Origin: Mobula hypostoma
Lineage: Eukaryota
NCBI RefSeq assembly: GCF_963921235.1
Contig: NC_086108.1
Coordinates: forward strand, 3,782,001-3,846,000
DNA: 64,000 nt
Direction of reading: 5' to 3'
Shown: positions 25,501 through 40,500 of the stretch, one piece after another
How the letters are laid out: each line of letters starts with the position of its first letter
Numbering within the stretch: the first letter of the stretch is position 1
Program-made: the position numbers and the translations under genes
The notes under the pieces: model-generated
Told to the model about the DNA's origin: nothing
The model's input: only the letters and a program-made list of their open reading frames with translations
Database searches by the model: none

Positions 25501-28500
25501 TGTGGTTGGTGAAGTTATCCACACTGGTTCAGGAGCCTGATGGTTGTGGGGTAATAACTGTTCCTGAACCTGCTGGTGTGGGACCTGAGGCTCATTGTGC
25601 TGAGTGAAGTTATCCACACTGGTTCAGGAGCCTGATGGTTGTGGGGTAATAACTGTTCCTGAACCTGCTGGTGTGGGACCTGAGGCTCATTGTGGGGAGT
25701 GAAGTTATCCACACTGGTTCAGGAGCCTGATGGTTGTGGGGTAATAACTGTTCCTGAACCTGCTGGTGTGGGACCTGAGTCTCATTGTGGTGAGTGAAGT
25801 TATCCACACTTGTTCAGGAGCCTGATGGTTGTGGGGTAATAACTGTTCCTGAACCTGGTGGTGTGGGACCTCATTGTGGTGAGTGAAGTTATCCACACTG
25901 GTTCAGGAGCCTGATGGCTGTGGGGTAATAACTGTTCCTGAACCTGGTGGTGTGGGACCTGAGGCTCATTGTGGTGAGTGAAGTTATCCACACTGGTTCA
26001 GGAGCCTGATGGTTGTGGGGTAATAACTGTTCCTGACCCTGGTGGTGTGGGACCTGAGGCTCATTGTGGTGGGTGAAGTTATCCACACTGGTTCAGGAGC
26101 CTGATGGTTGTGGGGTAATAACTGTTCCTAAACCTGCTGGTGTGGAACCTGAGGCTCATTGTGGTGAGTGAAGTTATCCACACTGGTTCAGGAGCCTGAT
26201 GGTTGTGGGGTAATAACTGTTCCTGAACCTGCTGGTGTGGGACCTGAGGCTCATTGTGGGGAGTGAAGTTATCCACACTGGTTCAGGAGCCTGATGGTTG
26301 TGGGGTAATAACTGTTCCTGAACCTGCTGGTGTGGGACCTGAGGCTCATTGTGGGGAGTGAAGTTATCCACACTGGTTCAGGAGCCTGATGGTTGTGGGG
26401 TAATAACTGTTCCTGAACCTGGTGGTGTGGGACCAGAGGCTCATTGTGGTGAGTGAAGTTATCCACACTGGTTCAGGAGCCTGACGGTTGTGGGGTAATA
26501 ACTGTTCCTGAACCTGGTGGTGTGGGACCTGAGGCTCATTGTGGTGAGTGAAGTTATCCACACTGGTTCAGGAGCCTGATGGTTGTGGGGTAATAACTGT
26601 TCCTGAACCTTGTGGTGTGGGACCTGAGGCTCATTGTGGTGAGTGAAGTTATCCACACTGGTTCAGGAGCCCGATGGTTGTGGGGTAATAATTGTTCCTG
26701 AACCTGGTGGTGAGTGAAGTTATCCACACTTGTTCAGGAGCCCGATGGTTGTGGGGTAATAACTGTTCCTGAAGCTGGCGGTGTGGGACCTGAGGCTCAT
26801 TGTGGTGAGTGAAGTTATCCACACTGGTTCAGGAGCCTGATGGTTGTGGGGTAATAACTGTTCCTGAACCTGGTGGTGTGGGACCTGAGGCTCATTGTGG
26901 TGGGTGAAGTTATCCACACTGGTTCAGGAGCCTGATGGTTGTGGGGTAATAACTGTTCCTGAACCTGGTGGTGTGGGACCTGAGGCTCATTGTGGTGGGT
27001 GAAGTTATCCACACTGGTTCAGGAGCCTAATGGTTGTGGGGTAATAACTGTTCCTGAAGCTGGCGGTGTGGGACCTGAGGCTCATTGTGGTGGGTGAAGT
27101 TATCCACACTGGTTCAGGAGCCTGATGGTTGTGGGGTAATAACTGTTCCTGATGCTGGCGGTATGGGACCTGAGGCTCATTGTGGTGGGTGAAGTTATCC
27201 ACACTGGTTCAGGAGCCTGATGGTTGTGGGGTAATAACTGTTCCTGAACCTGCTGGTGTGGGACCTGAGGCTCATTGTGGTGGGTGAAGTTATCCACACT
27301 GGTTCAGGAGCCTGATGGTTGAAGGGTAATAACTGTTCCTGAACCTGCAGGTGTGGGACCTGAGGCTCATTGTGGTGAGTGAAGTTATCCACACTGGTTC
27401 AGGAGCCTGATGGTTGTGGGGTAATAACTGTTCCTGAACCTGGTGGTGTGGGACCTCATTGTGGTGAGTGAAGTTATCCACACTGGTTCAGGAGCCTGAT
27501 GGCTGTGGGGTAATAACTGTTCCTGAACCTGGTGGTGTGGGACCTGAGGCTCATTGTGGTGAGTGAAGTTATCCACACTGGTTCAGGAGCCTGATGGTTG
27601 TGGGGTAATAACTGTTCCTGAACCTGGTGGCGTGGGACCTGAGGCTCATTGTGGTGGGTGAAGTTATCCACACTGGTTCAGGAGCCTGATGGTTGTGGGG
27701 TAATAACTGTTCCTAAACCTGCTGGTGTGGAACCTGAGGCTCATTGTGGTGAGTGAAGTTATCCACACTGGTTCAGGAGCCTGATGGTTGTGGGGTAATA
27801 ACTGTTCCTGAACCTTGTGGTGTGGGACCTGAGGCTCATTGTGGTGAGTGAAGTTATCCACACTGGTTCAGGAGCCCGATGGTTGTGGGGTAATTATTGT
27901 TCCTGAACCTGGTGGTGAGTGAAGTTATCCACACTTGTTCAGGAGCCCGATGGTTGTGGGGTAATAACTGTTCCTGAAGCTGGCGGTGTGGGACCTGAGG
28001 CTCATTGTGGTGAGTGAAGTTATCCACACTGGTTCAGGAGCCTGATGGTTGTGGGGTAATAACTGTTCCTGAACCTGGTGGTGTGGGACCTGAGGCTCAT
28101 TGTGGTGGGTGAAGTTATCCACACTGGTTCAGGAGCCTGATGGTTGTGGGGTAATAACTGTTCCTGAACCTGGTGGTGTGGGACCTGAGGCTCATTGTGG
28201 TGGGTGAAGTTATCCACACTGGTTCAGGAGCCTGATGGTTGTGGGGTAATAACTGTTCCTGAAGCTGGCGGTGTGGGACCTGAGGCTCATTGTGGTGGGT
28301 GAAGTTATCCACACTGGTTCAGGAGCCTGATGGTTGTGGGGTAATAACTGTTCCTGATGCTGGCGGTATGGGACCTGAGGCTCATTGTGGTGGGTAAAGT
28401 TATCCACACTGGTTCAGGAGCCTGATGGTTGTGGGGTAATAACTGTTCCTGAACCTGCTGGTGTGGGACCTGAGGCTCATTGTGGTGGGTGAAGTTATCC

Positions 28501-31500
28501 ACACTGGTTCAGGAGCCTGATGGTTGAAGGGTAATAACTGTTCCTGAACCTGCAGGTGTGGGACCTGAGGCTCATTGTGGTGAGTGAAGTTATCCACACT
28601 GGTTCAGGAGCCTGATGGTTGTGGGGTAATAACTGTTCCTGAACCTGCTGGTGTGGGACCTGAGACTCATTGTGGGGAGTGAAGTTATCCACACTGGTTC
28701 AGGAGCCTGATGGTTGTGGGGTAATAACTGTTCCTGAACCTGCTGGTGTGGGACCTGAGGCTCATTGTGGTGAGTGAAGTTATCCACACTGGTTCAGGAG
28801 CCTGATGGTTGTGGGGTAATAACTGTTCCTGAACCTGGTGGTGTGGGACCTCATTGTGGTGAGTGAAGTTATCCACACTGGTTCAGGAGCCTGATGGCTG
28901 TGGGGTAATAACTGTTCCTGAACCTGCTGGTGTGGGACCTGAGGCTCATTGTGGTGAGTGAAGTTATCCACACTGGTTCAGGAGCCTGATGGTTGTGGGG
29001 TAATAACTGTTCCTGAACCTGCTGGTGTGGGACCTGAGGCTCATTGTGGTGGGTGAAGTTATCCACACTGGTTCAGGAGCCTGATGGTTGTGGGGTAATA
29101 ACTGTTCCTGAACCTGCTGGTGTGGGACCTGAGGCTCATTGTGGTGAGTGAAGTTATCCACACTGGTTCAGGAGCCTGATGGTTGTGGGGTAATAACTGT
29201 TCCTGAACCTTCTGGTGTGGGACCTGAGGCTCATTGTGGTGAGTGAAGTTATCCACACTGGTTCAGGAGCCTGATGGTTGTGGGGTAATAACTGTTCCTG
29301 AACCTGGTGGTGTGGGACCTGAGGCTCATTGTGGGGAGTGAAGTTATCCACACTGGTTCAGGAACCTGACGGTTGTGGGGTAAATACTGTTCCTGAACCT
29401 GGTGGTGTGGGACCTGAGGCTCATTGTGGTGAGTGAAGTTATCCACACTGGTTCAGGAGCCTGTCGGTTGTGGGGTAATAACTGTTCCTGAACCTGGTGG
29501 TGTGGGACCTGAGGCTCATTGTGGTGAGTGAAATTATCCACACTGGTTCAGGAGCCTGACGGTTGTGGGGTAATAATTGTTCCTGAACCTGGTGGTGTGG
29601 GACCTGAGGCTCATTGTGGTGAGTGAAGTTATCCACACTGGTTCAGGAGCCCGATGGTTGTGGGGTAATAATTGTTCCCAACCTGGTGGTGTGGGACCTG
29701 AGGCTCATTGTGGTGAGTGAAGTTATCAATACTGGTTCAGGAGCCCGATGGTTGTGGGGTAATAACTGTTCCCGAACCTGGCGGTGTGGGACCTGAGGCT
29801 CATTGTGGTGAGCGAAGTTATCCACACTGGTTCAGGAGCCCGATGGTTGTGGGGTAATAACTGTTCCTGAACCTGGTGGTGTGGGACCTGAGGCTCATTG
29901 TGGTGGGTGAAGTTATCCACACTGGTTCAGGAGCCTGATGGTTGTGGGGTAATAACTGTTCCTGAACCTTGTGGTGTGGGACCTGAGGCTCATTGTGGTG
30001 GGTGAAGTTATCCACACTGGTTCAGGAGCCTGATGGTTGTGGGGTAATAACTGTTCCTGAACCTGCTGGTGTGGGACCTGAGGCTCATTGTGGTGGGTGA
30101 TGTTATCCACACTGGTTCAGGAGCCTGATGGTTGTGGGGTAATAACTGTTCCTGAACCTGGTGGTCTGGGACCTGAGGCTCATTGTGGTGGGTGAAGTTA
30201 TCCACACTGGTTCAGGAGGCCGATCGTTGTGGGGTAATAAATGTTCCTGAAGCTGGCGGTGTGGGACCTGAGGCTCATTGTGGTGGGTGAAGTTATCCAC
30301 ACTGGTTCAGGAGCCCGATGGTTGTGGGGTAATAACTGTTCCTGAAGCTGGCGGTGTGGGACCTGAGGCTCATTGTGGTGGGTGAAGTTATCCACACTGG
30401 TTCAGGAGCCCGATGGTTGTGGGGTAATAACTGTTGCTGAACCTGCTGGTGTGGGACCTGATGCTCATTGTGGTGGGTGAAGTTATCCACACTGGTTCAG
30501 GAGCCTGATGGTTGTGGGGTAATAACTGTTCCTGAACCTGCTGGTGTGGGACCTGAGGCTCATTGTGGTTGGTGAAGTTATCCACACTGGTTCAGGAGCC
30601 TGATGGTTGTGGGGTAATAACTGTTCCTGAACCTGCTGGTGTGGGACCTGAGGCTCATTGTGCTGAGTGAAGTTATCCACACTGGTTCAGGAGCCTGATG
30701 GTTGTGGGGTAATAACTGTTCCTGAACCTGCTGGTGTGGGACCTGAGGCTCATTGTGGGGAGTGAAGTTATCCACACTGGTTCAGGAGCCTGATGGTTGT
30801 GGGGTAATAACTGTTCCTGAACCTGCTGGTGTGGGACCTGAGTCTCATTGTGGTGAGTGAAGTTATCCACACTGGTTCAGGAGCCTGATGGTTGTGGGGT
30901 AATAACTGTTCCTGAACCTGGTGGTGTGGGACCTCATTGTGGTGAGTGAAGTTATCCACACTGGTTCAGGAGCCTGATGGCTGTGGGGTAATAACTGTTC
31001 CTGAACCTGGTGGTGTGGGACCTGAGGCTCATTGTGGTGAGTGAAGTTATCCACACTGGTTCAGGAGCCTGATGGTTGTGGGGTAATAACTGTTCCTGAA
31101 CCTGGTGGTGTGGGACCTGAGGCTCATTGTGGTGGGTGAAGTTATCCACACTGGTTCAGGAGCCTGATGGTTGTGGGGTAATAACTGTTCCTAAACCTGC
31201 TGGTGTGGAACCTGAGGCTCATTGTGGTGAGTGAAGTTATCCACACTGGTTCAGGAGCCTGATGGTTGTGGGGTAATAACTGTTCCTGAACCTGCTGGTG
31301 TGGGACCTGAGGCTCATTGTGGGGAGTGAAGTTATCCACACTGGTTCAGGAGCCTGATGGTTGTGGGGTAATAACTGTTCCTGAATCTGCTGGTGTGGGA
31401 CCTGAGGCTCATTGTGGGGAGTGAAGTTATCCACACTGGTTCAGGAGCCTGATGGTTGTGGGGTAATAACTGTTCCTGAACCTGGTGGTGTGGGACCAGA

Positions 31501-34500
31501 GGCTCATTGTGTTGAGTGAAGTTATCCACACTGGTTCAGGAGCCTGACGGTTGTGGGGTAATAACTGTTCCTGAACCTGGTGGTTTGGGACCTGAGGCTC
31601 ATTGTGGTGAGTGAAGTTATCCACACTGGTTCAGGAGCCTGATGGTTGTGGGGTAATAACTGTTCCTGAACCTTGTGGTGTGGGACCTGAGGCTCATTGT
31701 GGTGAGTGAAGTTATCCACACTGGTTCAGGAGCCCGATGGTTGTGGTGTAATAATTGTTCCTGAACCTGGTGGTGAGTGAAGTTATCCACACTTGTTCAG
31801 GAGCCCGATGGTTGTGGGGTAATAACTGTTCCTGAAGCTGGCGGTGTGGGACCTGAGGCTCATTGTGGCGAGTGAAGTTATCCACACTGGTTCAGGAGCC
31901 TGATGGTTGTGGGGTAATAACTGTTCCTGAACCTGGTGGTGTGGGACCTGAGGCTCATTGTGGTGGGTGAAGTTATCCACACTGGTTCAGGAGCCTGATG
32001 GTTGTGGGGTAATAACTGTTCCTGAACCTGGTGGTATGGGACCTGAGGCTCATTGTGGTGGGTGAAGTTATCCACACTGGTTCAGGAGCCTGATGGTTGT
32101 GGGGTAATAACTGTTCCTGAAGCTGTCGGTGTGGGACCTGAGGCTCATTGTGGTGGGTGAAGTTATCCACACTGGTTCAGGAGCCTGATGGTTGTGGGGT
32201 AATAACTGTTCCTGATGCTGGCGGTATGGGACCTGAGGCTCATTGTGGTGGGTGAAGTTATCCACACTGGTTCAGGAGCCTGATGGTTGTGGGGTAATAA
32301 CTGTTCCTGAACCTGGTGGTGTGGGACCTGAGGCTCATTGTGGTGGGTGAAGTTATCCACACTGGTTCAGGAGCCTGATGGTTGATGGGTAATAACTGTT
32401 CCTGAACCTGCAGGTGTGGGACCTGAGGCTCATTGTGGTGAGTGAAGTTATCCACACTGGTTCAGGAGCCTGATGGTTGTGGGGTAATAACTGTTCCTGA
32501 ACCTGCTGGTGTGGGACCTGAGACTCATTGTGGGGAGTGAAGTTATCCACACTGGTTCAGGAGCCTGATGGTTGTGGGGTAATAACTGTTCCTGAACCTG
32601 CTGGTGTGGGACCTGAGGCTCATTGTGGTGAGTGAAGTTATCCACACTGGTTCAGGAGCCTGATGGTTGTGGGGTAATAACTGTTCCTGAACCTGGTGGT
32701 GTGGGACCTCATTGTGGTGAGTGAAGTTATCCACACTGGTTCAGGAGCCTGATGGCTGTGGGGTAATAACTGTTCCTGAACCTGCTGGTGTGGGACCTGA
32801 GGCTCATTGTGGTGAGTGAAGTTATCCACACTGGTTCAGGAGCCTGATGGTTGTGGGGTAATAACTGTTCCTGAACCTGCTGGTGTGGGACCTGAGGCTC
32901 ATTGTGGTGGGTGAAGTTATCCACACAGGTTCAGGAGCCTGATGGTTGTGGGGTAATAACTGTTCCTGAACCTGCTGGTGTGGGACCTGAGGCTCATTGT
33001 GGTGGGTGAAGTTATCCACACTGGTTCAGGAGCCTGATGGTTGTGGGGTAATAACTGTTCCTGAACCTTCTGGTGTGGGACCTGAGGCTCATTGTGGTGA
33101 GTGAAGTTATCCACACTGGTTCAGGAGCCTGATGGTTGTGGGGTAATAACTGTTCCTGAACCTGGTGGTGTGGGACCTGAGGCTCATTGCGGGGAGTGAA
33201 GTTATCCACACTGGTTCAGGAACCTGACGGTTGTGGGGTAATAACTGTTCCTGAACCTGGTGGTGTGGGACCTGAGGCTCATTGTGGTGAGTGAAGTTAT
33301 CCACACTGGTTCAGGAGCCTGTCGGTTGTGGGGTAATAACTGTTCCTGAACCTGGTGGTGTGGGACCTGAGGCTCATTGTGGTGAGTGAAATTATCCACA
33401 CTGGTTCAGGAGCCTGACGGTTGTGGGGTAATAATTGTTCCTGAACCTGGTGGTGTGGGACCTGAGGCTCATTGTGGTGAGTGAAGTTATCCACACTGGT
33501 TCAGGAGCCCGATGGTTGTGGGGTAATAATTGTTCCCAACCTGGTGGTGTGGGACCTGAGGCTCATTGTGGTGAGTGAAGTTATCAATACTGGTTCAGGA
33601 GCCCGATGGTTGTGGGGTAATAACTGTTCCCGAACCTGGCGGTGTGGGACCTGAGGCTCATTGTGGTGAGCGAAGTTATCCACACTGGTTCAGGAGCCCG
33701 ATGGTTGTGGGGTAATAACTGTTCCTGAACCTGGTGGTGTGGGACCTGAGGCTCATTGTGGTGGGTGAAGTTATCCACACTGGTTCAGGAGCCTGATGGT
33801 TGTGGGGTAATAACTGTTCCTGAACCTTGTGGTGTGGGACCTGAGGCTCATTGTGGTGGGTGAAGTTATCCACACTGGTTCAGGAGCCTGATGGTTGTGG
33901 GGTAATAACTGTTCCTGAACCTGCTGGTGTGGGACCTGAGGCTGATTGTGGTGAGTGAAGTTATCCACACTGGTTCAGGAGCCTGATGGTTGTGGGGTAA
34001 TAACTGTTCCTGAACCTGCTGGTTTGGGACCTGAGGCTCATTGTGGGGAGTGAAGTTATCCACAGTGGTTCAGCAGCCTGATGGTTGTGGGGTAATAACT
34101 GTTCCTGAACCTGCTGGTGTGGGACCTGAGGCTCATTGTGGTGAGTGAAGTTATCCACACTGGTTCAGGAGCCTGATGGTTGTGGGGTAATAACTGTTCC
34201 TGAACCTGGTGGTGTGGGACCTCATTGTGGTGAGTGAAGTTATCCACACTGGTTCAGGAGCCTGATGGCTGTGGGGTAATAACTGTTCCTGAACCTGCTG
34301 GTGTGGGACCAGAGGCTCATTGTGGGGAGTGAAGATATCCACACTGGTTCAGGAGCCTGATGGTTGTGGGGTAATAACTGTTCCTGAACCTGGTGGTGTG
34401 GGACCTCATTGTGGTGAGTGAAGTTATCCACACTGGTTCAGGAGCCTGATGGCTGTGGGGTAATAACTGTTCCTGAACCTGCTGGTGTGGGACCTGAGGC

Positions 34501-34710
34501 TCATCGTGGTGAGTGAAGTTATCCACACTGGTTCAGGAGCCTGATGGTTGTGGGGTAATAACTGTTCCTGAACCTGCTGGTGTGGGACCTGAGGCTGATT
34601 GTGGGGAATGAAGTTATCCACACTGGCTCAGGAGCCTGATGGTTGTGGGGTAATAACTGTTCCTGAACCTGCTGGTGTGGGACCTGAGGCTCATTGTGGT
34701 GAGTGAAGTT
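14400..34710. repeat. Higher-order tandem duplication of about 10.8-11.0 kb (approx. 14.4-23.7 kb vs 25.2-34.7 kb)
   Basis: Marker pairs 14975/25800, 15824/26649 (offset 10825); 16940/27854, 17866/28780 (10914); 19854/30863, 20703/31712, 21629/32638 (11009); 23164/34151 (10987). Boundaries approximate. Confidence 0.8.
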
Positions 34711-37160
34711 ATCCACACTGGTTCAGGAGCCTGATGGTTGTGGGGTAATAACTGTTCCTGAACCTGCTGGTGTGGGACCTGAGGCTGATTGTGGGGAATG
34801 AAGTTATCCACACTGGCTCAGGAGCCTGATGGTTGTGGGGTAATAACTGTTCCTGAACCTGCAGGTGTGGGACCTGAGGCTCATTGTGGTGAGTGAAGTT
34901 ATCCACACTGGTTCAGGAGCCTGATGGTTGTGGGGTAATAACTGTTCCTGAACCTGCTGGTGTGGGACCTGAGACTCATTGTGGGGAGTGAAGTTATCCA
35001 CACTGGTTCAGGAGCCTGATGGTTGTGGGGTAATAACTGTTCCTGAACCTGCTGGTGTGGGACCTGAGGCTCATTGTGGTGAGTGAAGTTATCCACACTG
35101 GTTCAGGAGCCTGATGGTTGTGGGGTAATAACTGTTCCTGAACCTGGTGGTGTGGGACCTCATTGTGGTGAGTGAAGTTATCCACACTGGTTCAGGAGCC
35201 TGATGGCTGTGGGGTAATAACTGTTCCTGAACCTGCTGGTGTGGGACCTGAGGCTCATTGTGGTGAGTGAAGTTATCCACACTGGTTCAGGAGCCTGATG
35301 GTTGTGGGGTAATAACTGTTCCTGAACCTGCTGGTGTGGGACCTGAGGCTCATTGTGGTGGGTGAAGTTATCCACACAGGTTCAGGAGCCTGATGGTTGT
35401 GGGGTAATAACTGTTCCTGAACCTGCTGGTGTGGGACCTGAGGCTCATTGTGGTGGGTGAAGTTATCCACACTGGTTCAGGAGCCTGATGGTTGTGGGGT
35501 AATAACTGTTCCTGAACCTTCTGGTGTGGGACCTGAGGCTCATTGTGGTGAGTGAAGTTATCCACACTGGTTCAGGAGCCTGATGGTTGTGGGGTAATAA
35601 CTGTTCCTGAACCTGGTGGTGTGGGACCTGAGGCTCATTGCGGGGAGTGAAGTTATCCACACTGGTTCAGGAACCTGACGGTTGTGGGGTAATAACTGTT
35701 CCTGAACCTGGTGGTGTGGGACCTGAGGCTCATTGTGGTGAGTGAAGTTATCCACACTGGTTCAGGAGCCTGTCGGTTGTGGGGTAATAACTGTTCCTGA
35801 ACCTGGTGGTGTGGGACCTGAGGCTCATTGTGGTGAGTGAAATTATCCACACTGGTTCAGGAGCCTGACGGTTGTGGGGTAATAATTGTTCCTGAACCTG
35901 GTGGTGTGGGACCTGAGGCTCATTGTGGTGAGTGAAGTTATCCACACTGGTTCAGGAGCCCGATGGTTGTGGGGTAATAATTGTTCCCAACCTGGTGGTG
36001 TGGGACCTGAGGCTCATTGTGGTGAGTGAAGTTATCAATACTGGTTCAGGAGCCCGATGGTTGTGGGGTAATAACTGTTCCCGAACCTGGCGGTGTGGGA
36101 CCTGAGGCTCATTGTGGTGAGCGAAGTTATCCACACTGGTTCAGGAGCCCGATGGTTGTGGGGTAATAACTGTTCCTGAACCTGGTGGTGTGGGACCTGA
36201 GGCTCATTGTGGTGGGTGAAGTTATCCACACTGGTTCAGGAGCCTGATGGTTGTGGGGTAATAACTGTTCCTGAACCTTGTGGTGTGGGACCTGAGGCTC
36301 ATTGTGGTGGGTGAAGTTATCCACACTGGTTCAGGAGCCTGATGGTTGTGGGGTAATAACTGTTCCTGAACCTGCTGGTGTGGGACCTGAGGCTGATTGT
36401 GGTGAGTGAAGTTATCCACACTGGTTCAGGAGCCTGATGGTTGTGGGGTAATAACTGTTCCTGAACCTGCTGGTTTGGGACCTGAGGCTCATTGTGGGGA
36501 GTGAAGTTATCCACAGTGGTTCAGCAGCCTGATGGTTGTGGGGTAATAACTGTTCCTGAACCTGCTGGTGTGGGACCTGAGGCTCATTGTGGTGAGTGAA
36601 GTTATCCACACTGGTTCAGGAGCCTGATGGTTGTGGGGTAATAACTGTTCCTGAACCTGGTGGTGTGGGACCTCATTGTGGTGAGTGAAGTTATCCACAC
36701 TGGTTCAGGAGCCTGATGGCTGTGGGGTAATAACTGTTCCTGAACCTGCTGGTGTGGGACCAGAGGCTCATTGTGGGGAGTGAAGATATCCACACTGGTT
36801 CAGGAGCCTGATGGTTGTGGGGTAATAACTGTTCCTGAACCTGGTGGTGTGGGACCTCATTGTGGTGAGTGAAGTTATCCACACTGGTTCAGGAGCCTGA
36901 TGGCTGTGGGGTAATAACTGTTCCTGAACCTGCTGGTGTGGGACCTGAGGCTCATCGTGGTGAGTGAAGTTATCCACACTGGTTCAGGAGCCTGATGGTT
37001 GTGGGGTAATAACTGTTCCTGAACCTGCTGGTGTGGGACCTGAGGCTGATTGTGGGGAATGAAGTTATCCACACTGGCTCAGGAGCCTGATGGTTGTGGG
37101 GTAATAACTGTTCCTGAACCTGCTGGTGTGGGACCTGAGGCTCATTGTGGTGAGTGAAGT
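32400..37160. repeat. Higher-order tandem duplication, 2451-bp unit (26 monomers)
   Basis: 89-bp monomers at 32638/35089, 34151/36602 and 34335/36786; rare CCACACAGG variant in monomers 32917/35368. Confidence 0.9.
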
Positions 37161-37533
37161 TATCCACACTGGTTCAGGAGCCTGATGGTTGTGGGGTAAT
37201 AACTGTTCCTGAACCTGCTGGTGTGGGACCTGAGGCTCATTGTGGTGAGTGAAGTTATCCACACTGGTTCAGGAGCCTGATGGTTGTGGGGTAATAACTG
37301 TTCCTGAACCTGGTGGTGTGGGACCTCATTGTGGTGAGTGAAGTTATCCACACTGGTTCAGGAGCCTGATGGCTGTGGGGTAATAACTGTTCCTGAACCT
37401 GCTGGTGTGGGACCTGCGGCTCATTGTGGTGAGTGAAGTTATCCACACTGGTTCAGGAGCCTGATGGTTGTGGGGTGATAACTGTTCCTGAACCTGCTGG
37501 TGTGGGACCTGAGGCTCATTGTGGGGAATGAAG

Positions 37534-40500
37534 TTATCCACACTGGTTCAGGAGCCTGATGGTTGTGGGGTAATAACTGTTGCTGAACCTGCTGGTGTGG
37601 GACCTGAGGCTCATTGTGGTGAGTGAAGTTATCCACACTGGTTCAGGAGCCTGATGGTTGTGGGGTAATAACTGTTCCTGAACCTGGTGGTGTGGGACCT
37701 CATTGTGGTGAGTGAAGTTATCCACACTGGTTCAGGAGCCTGATGGCTGTGGGGTAATAACTGTTCCTGAACCTGGTGGTGTGGGACCTGAGGCTCATTG
37801 TGGTGAGTGAAGTTATCCACACTGGTTCAGGAGCCTGATGGTTTTGGGGTAATAACTGTTCCTGAACCTGGTGGTGTGGGACCTGAGGCTCATTGTGGTG
37901 GGTGAAGTTATCCACACTGGTTCAGGAGCCTTATGGTTGTGGGGTAATAACTGTTCCTGAACCTGGTGGTGTGGGACCTGAGGCTCATTGTGGTGAGTGA
38001 AGTTATCCACACTGGTTCAGGAGCCTGATGGTTGTGGGGTAATAACTGTTCCTCAACCTGCTGGTGTGGGACCTGAGGCTCATTGTGGGGAGTGAAGTTA
38101 TCCACACTGGTTCAGGAGCCTGATGGTTGTGGGGTAATAACTGTTCCTGAACCTGCTGGTGTGGGACCTGAGGCTCATTGTGGGGAGTGAAGTTATCCAC
38201 ACTGGTTCAGGAGCCTGATGGTTGTGGGGTAATGACTGTTCCTGAACCTGGTGGTGTGGGACCTGAGGCTCATTGTGGTGAGTGAAGTTATCCACACTGG
38301 TTCAGGAGCCTGACGGTTGTGGGGTAATAACTGTTCCTGAACCTGGTGGTGTGGGACCTGAGGCTCATTGTGGTGAGTGAAGTTATCCACACTGGTTCAG
38401 GAGCCTGACGTTTGTGGGGTAATAACTGTTCCTGAACCTGGTGGTGTGGGACCTGAGGCTCATTGTGGTGAGTGAAGTTATCCACACTGGTTCAGGAGGC
38501 CGATGGTTGTGGGGTAATAATTGTTCCTGAAGCTGGCGGTGTGGGACCTGAGGCTCATTGTGGTGGGTGAAGTTATCCACACTGGTTCAGGAGCCCGATG
38601 GTTGTGGGGTAATAACTGTTCCTGAAGCTGGCGGTGTGGGACCTGAGGCTCATTGTGGTGGGTGAAGTTATCCACACTGGTTCAGGAGCCCGATGGTTGT
38701 GGGGTAATAACTGTTCCTGAACCTGCTGGTGTGGGACCTGAGGCTCATTGTGGGGAGTGAAGTTATCCACACTGGTTCAGGAGCCTGATGGTTGTGGGGT
38801 AATGACTGTTCCTGAACCTGGTGGTGTGGGACCTGAGGCTCATTGTGGTGAGTGAAGTTATCCACACTGGTTCAGGAGCCTGACGGTTGTGGGGTAATAA
38901 CTGTTCCTGAACCTGGTGGTGTGGGACCTGAGGCTCATTGTGGTGAGTGAAGTTATCCACACTGGTTCAGGAGCCTGACGTTTGTGGGGTAATAACTGTT
39001 CCTGAACCTGGTGGTGTGGGACCTGAGGCTCATTGTGGTGAGTGAAGTTATCCACACTGGTTCAGGAGGCCGATGGTTGTGGGGTAATAATTGTTCCTGA
39101 AGCTGGCGGTGTGGGACCTGAGGCTCATTGTGGTGGGTGAAGTTATCCACACTGGTTCAGGAGCCCGATGGTTGTGGGGTAATAACTGTTCCTGAAGCTG
39201 GCGGTGTGGGACCTGAGGCTCATTGTGGTGGGTGAAGTTATCCACACTGGTTCAGGAGCCCGATGGTTGTGGGGTAATAACTGTTCCTGAACCTGCTGGT
39301 GTGGGACCTGAGGCTCATTGTGGTGGGTGAAGTTATCCACACTGGTTCAGGAGCCTGATGGTTGTGGGGTAATAACTGTTCCTGAACCTGCTGGTGTGGG
39401 ACCTGAGGCTCATTGTGGTGGGTGAAGTTATCCACACTGGTTCAGGAGCCTGATGGTTGTGGGGTAATAACTGTTCCTGAACCTGCTGGTGTGGGACCTG
39501 AGGCTCATTGTGGTGAGTGAAGTTATCCACACTGGTTCAGGAGCCTGATGGTTGTGGGGTAATAACTGTTCCTGAACCTGCTGGTGTGGGACCTGAGGCT
39601 CATTGTGGGGATTGAAGTTATCCACACTGGTTCAGGAGCCTGATGGTTGTGGGGTAATAACAGTTCCTGAACCTGCTGGTGTGGGACCTGAGGCTCATTG
39701 TGGGTAGTGAAGTTATCCACACTGGTTCAGGAGCCTGATGGTTGTGGGGTAATAACTGTTCCTGAACCTGCTGGTGTGGGACCTGAGTCTCATTGTGGTG
39801 AGTGAAGTTATCCACACTGGTTCAGGAGCCTGATGGTTGTGGGGTAATAACTGTTCCTGAACCTGGTGGTGTGGGACCTCATTGTGGTGAGTGAAGTTAT
39901 CCACACTGGTTCAGGAGCCTGATGGCTGTGGGGTAATAACTGTTCCTGAACCTGGTGGTGTGGGACCTGAGGCTCATTGTGGTGAGTGAAGTTATCCACA
40001 CTGGTTCAGGAGCCTGATGGTTGTGGGGTAATACCTGTTCCTGAACCTGGTGGTGTCGGACCTGAGGCTCATTGTGGTGGGTGAAGTTATCCACACTGGT
40101 TCAGGAGCCTGATGGTTGTGGGGTAATAACTGTTCCTCAACCTGCTGGTGTGGGACCTGAGGCTCATTGTGGTGAGTGAAGTTATCCACACTGGTTCAGG
40201 AGCCTGATGGTTGTGGGGTAATAACTGTTCCTGAACCTGCTGGTGTGGGAGCTGAGGCTCATTGTGGGGATTGAAGTTATCCACACTGGTTCAGGAGCCT
40301 GACGGTTGTGGGGTAATAACTGTTCCTGAACCTGCTGGTGTGGGACCTGAGGCTCATTGTGGTGAGTGAAGTTATCCACACTGGTTCAGGAGCCTGACGG
40401 TTGTGGGGTAATAACTGTTCCTGAACCTGCTGGTGTGGGACCTGAGGCTCATTGTGGTGAGTGAAGTTATCCACACTGGTTCAGGAGCCTGATGGTTGTG

